From the NCBI RefSeq assembly GCF_032444005.1, contig NC_091283.1, positions 492,218,001 to 492,282,000 of the forward strand: a DNA stretch of 64,000 nucleotides, written 5' to 3'. A program made the position numbers and the translations under genes. The notes beneath the pieces are model-generated. The model made no database searches. It was not told the origin of the DNA and was given only the letters and a program-made list of their open reading frames with translations. Source of the stretch: Ranitomeya imitator (taxonomy: Eukaryota). Positions 23,615 to 33,699 of this stretch are shown piece after piece (position 1 is the stretch's first letter; every line of letters starts with the position of its first letter).

Positions 23615-26600
23615 TTAGTCTCCCCACAATGACACAGGGGTAGAAAAGTTCTTGCGGATCCAGGATTTGTTGATCTTGATGAACGTTAGTCTGTCTACAC
23701 TGTCACTGGACAGCCGCGTGCGCGTATCTGTCAGCACACCACCAGCAGCGCTGACCGTCTTGTTGGTGTCGAGGTAAGAATCATGCTTCCTTCGTCTGCC
23801 CTCTCCCCCCAACCTCGCACAACAGAAATTTGATCAAGGTCTCCCACATCTGATGAGTCTTCCATGCCCAGCACCAGTTCGTCCTCCACTTCTTCCTTGC
23901 CTCCTGCATCTTCCTCAACAGTTTGGCTGCTACCATGCGCCCTCGGTAATCACTCTCCCCCAGCCTCCAATGCCAGCCGCCTTGGTGCTGCCAACCTTCT
24001 CGACCTTGGAGATATTATCCTTTCCGCATACGACTCCTCCTGTTCCTCCTCCTCCTCCTCTTGTTCCACCACCTGACTCCGAACACTGTTTAAGGTGTGC
24101 TCCAGCATGTAAATCACCAGAATGGTCATGCTGATAATGGCATCGTCAGCACTAAACATCTTCGTTGCTATTTCAAAACTGTGCAGAAGGGTGCATAGGT
24201 CCCTGATCTGAGACCTCTCCTGCAGCATGATTTGCCCCACCTCTTGATCTCATTGGCCCAGGCTATACGTCATAATGTATTGCACCAGGGCTCGTTGTTG
24301 CTGCCACAGTCGCTGCAACATGTGCAGAGTTGAATTCCACCGTGTGGGCACATCGCATTTCAGCCGGTGAACTGGCAGGCCCAATGACTTCTGTAGAGAT
24401 GTATGTCGATGAGCTGTGGGTTGCGAACGGCGGAAGTGAGCACACAGCGACCGTGCCCTCTGCAGAAGCCCATCTAGTCTGGAATAGTGGGATAAAAATT
24501 GCTGGACAACCAGGTTCAAAACGTGAGCCATACAAGGCACGTGTGTAACATTGCCCCGGCAAAGGGCCGCACCCAGGTTTGCAGCATTGTCGCACACAGC
24601 CTTCCCTGGCTGCAGGTTGAGTGGCGACAACAATTGATGGAACTCGGTCTCCAGAGCTGACCACAACTCCTCAGCTGTGTGACTCAGATTTCCCAGACAT
24701 TTCAATGTAAACACTGCCTGATGCTGTTGAGCCCTGGTGACAGCATAGTGAGGAGGTGTGCAGGATTCCTTCTGCGCAGTTACAATGCGGGTGGCATTAC
24801 CAGACAGGCTTTGGGTGCAGGTGGAGGACCGAGAGGAGGTTGAGGAGGCAGAAGCCGTTTAGGAACTTCTAGATACAGAGGATCGACAAGCAACTCATGG
24901 GGACGACAAGACTTGGACAGCAGCCCCTTCTCCTGAGGTCGCCGTAGTTACCCAGTGCCCAGCCACCGACATGTAACTCCCCTGTCCATGTCTACTCGTC
25001 CAAGTGTCTGTGGTGAAATGCACCCTGTCACACACAGAATTTCTCAAGGAAGCGGTGATGTTGTGTGCGACATGCTGGTGTAGTGCAGGCACAGCTTTCT
25101 TTGAGAAGTAGTGGCGACTGGGCATCTGGTACTGGGGCACTGTGACGGACCTAAGGTCTCGAAAATCCTCTGTGTTCACCACGCGGAAAGGCAGCATTTC
25201 TGTAGCCAACAGCTTGCAGATGGAGAAATTCAACCTCTTAGCTTTGTCATGGCTAGGAGGAAATGGTCTTTTACTTGTCCTCATCTGAGGGACTGAGGGC
25301 TGGCTGCCGTGCTTGGACGGAGTTGAGTAGGGTGTCCCCGACAAACTGCTGGTCTGTGAGGAAGGTGCAGGCGGAGATGTTATGTTGCCTTGATCAAAAT
25401 GTGGTGTCGGTGTCAGAGAGTGCTCAGCAACAGCAGGTGTTTCCACTTGCAAATGTCCTGACGACCTGCCACTGGCTGTTGCGGGTAAAAAGGTGTAAGG
25501 TCTGCGTCCAAAACCATGTGTGACTGCTGTCCCTACAGTCACAGAGGATGAAGAGGATGCGGATTCACTTGATGGGGCAGACGGTGGTTGAGCCGGCCCA
25601 CTAGGCCCCATTGTAACACAGTGAGCTTCCCACTGCAACTTATGCCTCATATCCATGTGACGGTTCATGCATGGAGTACTCAAGCTAGTAATTTTCTGTC
25701 CTCTACTGAGATTTTGTTGACAAATCTTACAGACAACATGAGTTGGGTCATCCTTTCAAAAAATGCCCAGGCTATGCAAGGCTTAGAGCCCGTGCGACCT
25801 GAAGAGCCACCACGACTTCTGGTCTGAGGCACAGTTGGGGTTGAGGATGCAGTTGTTGACGTGCTTCCAGCACGCTGTCTCTGTCCAGGAAGGCGCAATG
25901 TAACCTCATCGTCAGACTCGTCACTAGCATCCTCCTCTGCTGACCTCATGGACTGGCGGACTGGGGGTTGACAGTAAGTAGGGTCTACAACCTCGTCATC
26001 ATCATCCTGTGTGTTCTCACACCCGTCGTCCTCAGAGCCAACCTCTTCCTGCCCTGACCGAAAAGTCAAGTTTTCGTTCCAATCAGGTATCTCAGTCTCA
26101 TCATCATCTTCCTTATTGTCTCACCAACAGGAGTTACAGTTTGGGAACGAGGGTCTACATTATGCTCAGAACCTTCTTCATCTGAGCCTGGATCCGACTC
26201 ACAAAGATTCTGAACATCAGTGCAGATCATTTCCTTGTCTGGATTCACAGAAGCTCTGGAGCAGACCTCTGATTCCCAGGCTATAGTATGCGTAAACAGC
26301 TCTACAGACTCAACCTTGTGCGTTACCCCATGCTCAGACGGGCAGCTGGAGACTTGGGAGCTGTGAGGAAGCAAGTGCGATTGGGGTGACAACTCTGAGG
26401 ACTGGAGTAGTTGTGATGTTGAAGTTGACATGGAGGAGAGCCCACTTGAACGAGCACTTGATATCTGTTCAAGCACCTGCTGTTTTTGTGCCTCATATGG
26501 AATTTTTGGCGATGCTTGTAGCGATGGTCGTAAGAAAGGGATCATATCAGATTGTCCACGAAAAGAAGTAGACATCTTACTTTGGCTGAAAGATGGTCTT

Positions 26601-26711
26601 TCTTCTGCAGATGTTACTGTTGCTTTACCACCTACCCCACGGACACAACCTTTTTCCCTTTCCAACATGCCTATTCCCCTTTCCACCAGCAGCAGGCCTT
26701 TTGCCACTCAT
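23615..26711 (-). pseudogene. hAT (BED zinc finger + DDE + dimerisation domain) transposase relic of element B
   Basis: ATG 26711 (MSGKRP); BED remnants; VHFTTDTWTS, VCDNAAN, CMAHVLNL, DVPTRWNSTLHML, RLTFIKIN; many frameshifts; a deletion near 23757 removes the SER catalytic Glu. Confidence 0.9.
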
Positions 26712-26789
26712 TTTAGTGCTTAACTAATTGGCAACTCTGTATCTGTAGTTGTTGGCACAACAACCGATGGATGAAAACCGAGCAGAACT

Positions 26790-27700
26790 GAGTGGCCAAA
26801 CTGTGGTACTAGGCCCAAAACTATTAACTGGGTTAGATGCAGTAAAAGTTTAGATACACAGGCGGTGTAGTTAGTTTCACAGGTAGGCTACTCTGCTGAC
26901 GTGCAGACACTGCTCCTAGGCCCAAAATTATTAACTGGATTAGATGCAGTAAAAATTTAGATACACAGGCGGTATAGTTAGTTTCACAGGCGGGCTACTC
27001 TGCTGACGTGCAGACACTGCTCCTAGGCCCAAAACTATTAACTGGATTAGATGCAGTAAAAATAGAGATACACAGACGGTTAGTTAGTTAGTTTCACAGG
27101 TGGGCTACTCTGCTCTACACGGAGAGAACATACAAACTCTTTGCAGATGTTGTCCTGGGTGGGATTAGAGCCCAGGACTCCAGCGCTGCAAGGCTGCAGT
27201 GCTAACCACTGCGCCACCGTGCTGCCCACACTACTCTGCTGACGTGCAGACACTGCTCCTAGGCCCAAAACTATTAACTGGATTACATGCAGTAAAAATT
27301 TAGTTACATAGGCGGTATAGTTAGTTTCACAGGCGGGCTACTCTGCTGACGTGCAGACACTGCTCCTAGGCCCATAAATATTACCTGGATTAGATGCAGT
27401 AAAAATTTAGATACACAGGCAGTATAGTTAGTTTCACAGGCAGGCTACTCTGCTGATGTGCAGACACTTGCTCCTAGGCCCAAAACTATTAACTGGATTA
27501 GATGCAGTAAAAATTTTGATACACAGGCGGTATAGTTAGTTTCACAGGCGGGTTACTCTGCTGAAGTGCAGACACTGCTCCTAGGCCCAAAACTATTAAC
27601 TGGGTTAGATGCGGTAAAAATTGAGATACACAGGCGGTGTAGCTAGCTTCACAGGCAGGCTACTCAGATGACTATAAGACAATGCTACTATCCCAAAAGG
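26790..27700. repeat. Tandem array of about 109-bp units in the 5' region of hAT B
   Basis: GGCCCAAAACTATTAACTGG...TACTCTGCTGACGTGCAGACAC repeated about 7-8 times; related to the 114-bp array. Confidence 0.9.
27115..27230 (-). mobile_element. tRNA-derived SINE (V-SINE/HE1-like head), 3'-truncated, with TSD
   Basis: Minus strand: GGGCAGCACGGTGGCGCAGTGGTTAGC (box A), degenerate box B, GAGTTTGTATGTTCTCTCCGTGT; 10-bp TSD CTACTCTGCT at 27105-27114 and 27231-27240. Confidence 0.85.
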
Positions 27701-28349
27701 ATTGGCTAAGCTAGATTACACCAAATGCTGTGAAAAACTCTTGCACAGCACTGGCACAGACCTGCCTGGCAAACAGTGCTATGAACTCCTGTAACCTACC
27801 CTGAAAAGGGCTGATATTACAACTAGTCCCGACTCCTCCCGACTCCCTAAACCTATGTCTTTGAAAATTCGCTCCAAAAAAACACTCTTAGACTGTATAG
27901 CGCCCACAGCAGCAGTAGTGCCGTCTAACACTAAGCTGCAGCAGTGAGGAAATGGTGGCGACAGGGCAAATGGCTGGTTCTTATAGGGCAAGGACATGTG
28001 ACATACACAGCCAATGACACATGCCCTTGCTTGTGTGCATCACATGCAGATTGAGAGACTGCACCGCCCCACTGTAAATGCGGGAAAGAAAAAAAATGGA
28101 GATCGGCGTTATTTCAGCACAGATCTATCCCCCGCCATCTCCTCCCCCCCGCCCACTATACACTGAAACAGTCTATTAACAATGATAAACAGTTTTAATG
28201 TGCAAATCAAGTTAGGATTTTGGTGAACGAACAGTTATCGAACAGAAACTCGAACAGTCGAATTTTAAGCAAATTGTTCGAGTTCGTCGAACGACTCGAA
28301 CACCGCCCAAAACAGCTCGAATTTGAAATTGGCGAACAGTTCGACTCTA

Positions 28350-30360
28350 GTGAAGAGGTGCATAAGAATAGACCTTCCAAAAAAGACACTGAATTTGAAT
28401 TTATGTTACACTGCTATCATTCGGTGGTGTTGAGAAGTCTGGCCCAATCAAGCCCTTGTTCATTTTTATAAGTGTCAGCCTGTCAGCATGTTCCTGGGCC
28501 CTGGGATTCGGCCCACAAAGTCGGGTGCTTTCCTTCCATGTGCCTGATCATGCTGGTGGTGGTCAGGCTGGTAGTTTTGCTACCCCTGCTGATATTGGCC
28601 TGGCAGGTGGTGCAAATGGCCTTTTTGGGGTTATGGGCAGATTCTTTAAAAAACAACCAGACTCGGGAACACCTAACAGTTGTACTGGCAACTTCCGTCG
28701 TGTTGGTGTTACGGAGAACGGTTGCCCGCCTTCTGTCTGCAGCCACCACATTGCTTCTTCCTGCCTGTTGGAGTGCTACACCTCCCTTTCTTTGTGTGCT
28801 GCTATCCTCGCTCTGCATGTCCTACAGCCAGGTTGGGTTAGTTACTATTTTATCCACCACCTTGTCTTCCACTTTCGCACCCTGGTCCTCCTCCTGACTT
28901 TCTGGTCTCATCATCGTCCACCTCTTGTGACACTCTCCCACCATCACCTTCGTATGACCATGGCTGCTCAAATATTTGGGCATCGCTACATGCGATCTCT
29001 TCTTGCTCCGCTTCAAGTGAACCGGGTGAGAGGCCCGAATCTGTAAATGGAACAGTGAACAGCTCTTCGGAGTGTCCAAGTGTGGGATCAGTTGTCTCCA
29101 GGCACTCAGAATGGTGGGAGGAAGGAGGATCAGGGTGAGGAATATGCGGTCCAGACTCACGGCTACTGAGACTTGACCGTGTGGTGGTGGTTGCAAAGTG
29201 ACTGGAAGCATTATCCGCTATCCAACCAACAACCTTTCGACACTGCTTTGGGTTCAATAGTGGTGGGCTACGGTCCCCTAGTAATTGGGACAGGAAGGTC
29301 GGATGAGAAGATGAGGGTGTTTGATGTGGCGCAATTTCAACTTGCCCAAGGCCTCGGCCTCTGCATGCACCATCACATCACGTCCAGTTCCCCGTCCCTT
29401 GCCATGCGCCTTGCCCATTTTAAATGGCGGACAATATTATCCACGTTCACTACAAATGGCTGAATTTGGAGTGAACTTATATGTGATCTGTGTGACAGAA
29501 AACCACAGTTTTAACTATCTGGCCTGTATGTAATTATTTTTACCAGCAAACTGGTGTCAATAACTTTGCTAACACACTGAAACAAAATTTAAAGGGAGGC
29601 CAGAAATGGCAGAATTTTGAGCGCACTTTTTATCTCTGATCCATGTGATGGACAAATCAGTTTAAAATAGCTGGATTTTTAGCACTGTAATATGGAAAGG
29701 ATCTGCCTGTATTTTGCAGTGCCAACAAGCAAATGGAGCAGAAAAACGGTGTTCTCTGGATTGCATTTTAAACAAATAATCAGGATTAAGATAAAAAATA
29801 TTCCTGGCCCTTCATACCTGTTGCTATGTCTAGAAATATCTGAAATAGCAGCAGCAGACAGAACTGGAATGGCCCCTCTTGCTATATCCACTGAAGTCTG
29901 CCACATACACTGCCTGCCTGCCTAGTAATGATGTCTATGCAGCTTTATTAGTCCTCAGAGGGACTGTTAGTTGAGATGGATATGTGCATAATATAATGTG
30001 GTAAACCCACACTAAGTAAGAACCAAGCAAGTCTCTCCCTAGCTCAGCAGCAACTCTCCTTACACTGCCTGATTCCATAGTAGACTGTGCCGAGCATGGC
30101 GGCACCAGGTCTGATATAGACCTGATGACGCAATGCGGTCAGACAATCGCTGTAATGCCACAACCAACATGGCTGCGGATTACAGTGTGTGGCAGACAAT
30201 CCCTGCATGTTCATTGGCTCTCTAAAGAGCGCCAAACATGCAGGGAGGGAACCCAAGCTCCCTCCCTCCCTCCGGAAATACTTGGCGAGCTCTGAGCATC
30301 TCGAGCAGTGAGATGCTCGGGCAAGTAACGAGTAGTGGCGAGCATGCTCACTCATCACTA
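28350..30360 (-). mobile_element. hAT element A, 5' part (internally deleted)
   Basis: Terminus ...GCTCACTCATCACTA at 30360 (reverse complement TAGTGATGAGTGAGC); contains the transposase relic. Confidence 0.75.
28406..29418 (-). pseudogene. Internally deleted hAT transposase: N-terminus and BED finger joined to the last ~25 codons
   Basis: ATG 29418 MGKAHGKGRG; BED VWLFF..C..C...RHMEGKH; out-of-frame junction near 28487 to DRLTLIKMNKGLI...; TAA at 28406. Confidence 0.8.
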
Positions 30361-30716
30361 GTGCCTATATTAATGGACTCATGACTATCAACATGTGACT
30401 GGTAAGGCTTGGATTTTCCAACAGGGTGGCGGTAGGGAGCATTTGCACAGCAAATTCTCTGCAAACCAGCTGTTAAAATGAGGTTACCAAATGTGGCATT
30501 TCAGCCTACCTTTGGTTGTCCCAGTACCAGAAAACACCATGAACAACTAATCATTGGCTCACCCTTGCAACAAAAAGAAATTGTAAAACCCCTTTAAGGT
30601 ACATCTAATCTTATATGTTCTCCATACTTCTGTGTGATTTATTCACCGACTTTTTGGTAAAGTTTGGGACAGTAACCCCTGTCGATCAGTATATATATGT
30701 ACCATACAGCTCTTAC

Positions 30717-30822
30717 TTTGTCAGAGAGTTTACATCTAATAGCTCTTTTCTCTTCCTAGCAACAGCCAGCTCCCTGACCGTCAGCAGCATCCCACCCCCA
30801 CATATTATATCCCAGCTGTAAT
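30717..30822 (-). CDS. Candidate internal exon of an unidentified host gene (106 bp)
   Basis: Acceptor TACTGTTTTATAG, donor AA|GTAAGA; the single open frame reads DYSWDIICGGGMLLTVRELAVARKRKELLDVNSLTK. Confidence 0.35.
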
Positions 30823-32430
30823 CTATAAAACAGTACTTTCTGGCTAAAATTCCTGGGCTGTGGGATCTGCTTCTCAACCTCCCCCTTTTAAATCCCAGTG
30901 CTGGCTGCTGGTGCAGTGATATGGAAAGTATTACTTGTCCATATGCAGTGCTCAGACCCCCACCCACTGCACATATGGTATATGGTTATAGGAAGAATAG
31001 ACTTTAAAGGGTTATTGGCCATAATGGTATGACGTGGCCTAAAATCTATACATGAAGTCACCACCCATAATGGAATTAGAAAGAGTTGCCATTATAATGC
31101 ACACTAGTGGATCTAAGGTACGGTATTGGTATATGTTCATAATCTCTTTCAGGAAGCCTCTATCCGCATCCCTTCCTTTTTTATGTAGACACTAAAATTT
31201 GTCTTATCTCTTCTATGTACAATCCCAGTCTCCACGTCGCCTCCTCATAACCTCCCCCATCTCCAGAACTTTATGCGTTGTGTTCTGGACTTCTATTTTT
31301 CCTCTTCTGTCCTTTTTTTTCTGCATTTTGCCATTCTTTCCTTTTTCCTGTATTATTTTTTGTCTTTCTCCACCCTCATCCCCCCTTGACTTTTCATCTA
31401 TAATTCTTTTCTGCCTCTGTGCTTCTCCCCCCTTGCCAGTCGCTCTGCTCCTGAAGAATCTGGAAAGTCAGACACAGTGGAAAAAGTGATGTTACAACCC
31501 TCAGTTAAAATACTTCCACATCTCTAATCCAGGCATAACCTGGCTCTTGTCACTGACCCATATAGCACATTCATGCAACATCATATACTGTATGTCGGTT
31601 GAAAAAATACAATATATGCCAGCCGCAAAAAAAAAAAAACACCATTTCTACTAAGTATTTTCTTCCATTCCATTGGCACCATATTTTACACACTATGAAT
31701 TTGGGCCCGTCGTTGAGCCATTAGGCCAATAATTTGGAATGAGTTCATCTAAAATGCTCACTGTGATCACTTTCTTGATATGCTAAGATACAGCTTACCT
31801 ATTAGTAAGACCTTCCCAAATTTGAACACTGGTCAAAGATAAAAGATGTAATAATTTGGAAAGTGCTCAAAAGCAGAATAGGAAGACAATCTAATTTATA
31901 ATGGAATCCAATGTACATAGACAAGTCAAGGTCTTAAAGTTGTTGACCAACTACCACCAGTATAATAAATGTTAAATGGTAGGTGTTGGACCCCATGAAT
32001 GAAACTCTAGTAGATGCAGGGGTTGCAGTCACAGCCAGGGCCCTAGAGTCTCCCCAGGAACAAAAGCTGCCTTTGACCCATAAGAGAAACCGATATTTTT
32101 AAAGAATTTGGAGGAGATTTAGGGGCCCACATACTTCAAGCCACGCCACTGAGGGAGGGGATCCTGTTTTTGATTTGGCATCAGGGCCCAGAAGCCTCAA
32201 GTTATGCCTCTGCACATTATAAATAGGCCTCAGCCATATAGTTGTCAAGATAATCTTTGAATTTTTTTGCTCTTCTAGCTAGCTCTACGTGTAGAGTTTG
32301 ACCTCCTATCATATGTGTGCATAAACACACATGAGAAGTGTAAGCTTCAATCTCATAAGATGGAAGTAATTTCAGAAATAACCCAGGAGACAAATGTAAT
32401 TTCAACAATCTCTGAAGTATAATCTGTATT

Positions 32431-32979
32431 ATAAGTCCAGTATAGAATCACTGCACACAATTGAAGGAGTATGCTTCAAGTGGGTATTTTATTAACGGTG
32501 ATAGGTGAAGCGACAGCTAGAGACGTTTTGGCCGGACAACGGCCTTTATCACATAGTCGCCTTTTGAATGAGGAATCACCGGGTAAGTAGTGTCACTTGC
32601 TACGCAATGTTTCATAGAGCGCAATGTGTCCAGTATGGCTTTGCCCGCATGATACACTGAGCCACCAATGATCCTTGGGCAAAACTGTCAGGACAACGGT
32701 TTCCTGGACACATTGCGCTCTATGAAACATTGCGTAGCAAGTGACAGTACTTACCCGGTGATTCCTCATTCAAAAGGCGACTGTGATAAAGGCCGTTGTT
32801 CAGCTGAAACGTCTCTAGCTGTCGCTTCACCTATCGCCGTTAATAAAATACCCATTTGAAGCATACTCCTTCAATTATGTACAGTGATTCTATACTGGAC
32901 TTGTATTTATGGAACCAATGGTTCCCTTTCACTAGCACCTTACTTATCTTCTTCATACGAGTGCTAACCATCTATAGTA
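32431..32979. mobile_element. Miniature head-to-head Penelope pseudo-LTR insertion
   Basis: About 200-bp inverted arms (32433-32633, 32704-32902), each with a hammerhead-like motif and AATAAA pointing outward; 13-bp direct repeat TATAATCTGTATT at 32418-32430 and 32980-32992. Confidence 0.7.
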
Positions 32980-33077
32980 TATAATCTGTATTCAAATCTG
33001 ATGATTCTCAGAACTGATTGTCGCTGGTCCTTTTCTTTATCTGGTCTTAAAAGAGCTGATCTGATATGTGTAGTACA

Positions 33078-33108
33078 CACAGTACTGGGCAAAAATTTTA
33101 GGCATGCT
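33078..33108 (+). mobile_element. Left TIR remnant of a Tc1 element interrupted by the Gypsy element
   Basis: CAGTACTGGGCAAAAATTTTAGGCA resembles vertebrate Tc1 TIRs; the transposase resumes right of the Gypsy element. Confidence 0.5.
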
Positions 33109-33677
33109 TTAGGGTTGTAGCACTGGCAGCGGCCGGACTAGTGTCCACAGATGGGGTTCCATAGACGGCGATCCAGCTTCTGGCGGCAACTGGCGGTCTC
33201 CGGTTTTACCCGTTGAACCCCTAGTCCATGAGCCTGTGCAGCCAAACCCATGAGGACTGTATAAATCCTGGAATAAAACTTGAGCTCAAGCGTGCTGTCC
33301 GACATATGGTACCGCAGCCTAATGTCCTGCAACCGGTCCACACTTTGCACATGCGCGGTCTTAAGTGCCTCTGGGCACGCAGCACTCTTTACACGCACTC
33401 TCCCGCTGACGTTACCCGAAGGTATCGGCTGCTGTACATCACAGCGCCAGGGCTCGGGGAGCGGAGCTCACTTCTCACCCTGCTGCGCTCTCCCTGACAC
33501 TGAGAAACTGTTGCTTCGCGTGCTTTTTTTCTGTTTCCGGCTTAAACACACCCCCTCTTCCTGCATCATGTGACCTGCCACTCCCCTATTCCTTCCCCCA
33601 GACAACATGGGACGCAGCTTCCACAGTTCCGGAAGCAGCTCAATACAGGTACCCGCAGCCTGATCCTCCTCCTTACA
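33109..33677 (-). repeat. 3' LTR of the Gypsy element
   Basis: Homologous to 38961-39518. Confidence 0.85.
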
Positions 33678-33699
33678 CTACCCATCTCCTTCAGCTCGC

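Larger units (their letters stand above)
4335..28349 (-). mobile_element. hAT DNA transposon B (defective; hosts the Penelope nest)
   Basis: Both ends carry CpG-rich GTTCG/CGAAC subterminal arrays (4350-4430, 28225-28349); eroded TIRs (TGTTGAGCC...; ...TTCGACTCTA); GTGAAGA direct repeat at the flanks; minus-strand transposase relic at 23615-26711. Confidence 0.6.

Noticed and set aside
27115-27230. tRNA gene
   Set aside because: Only the head is tRNA-like, box B is degenerate, it continues into SINE body sequence, and it is flanked by a TSD.
31210-31465. Charged open frame on the minus strand (ILQEQSDWQGGEAQRQKR...)
   Set aside because: Purine-rich, T-poor sequence gives open frames by composition; no convincing donor or homology.
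32217-33060. Possible exon pair SALLRPDKEK...LYTID + GGQTLHVELARRAKKFKDYLDNYMAEAYL*
   Set aside because: The acceptors are weak, and the putative donor at 32968 lies inside the TSD-bounded Penelope insertion, so the join is probably chance. No family recognised.
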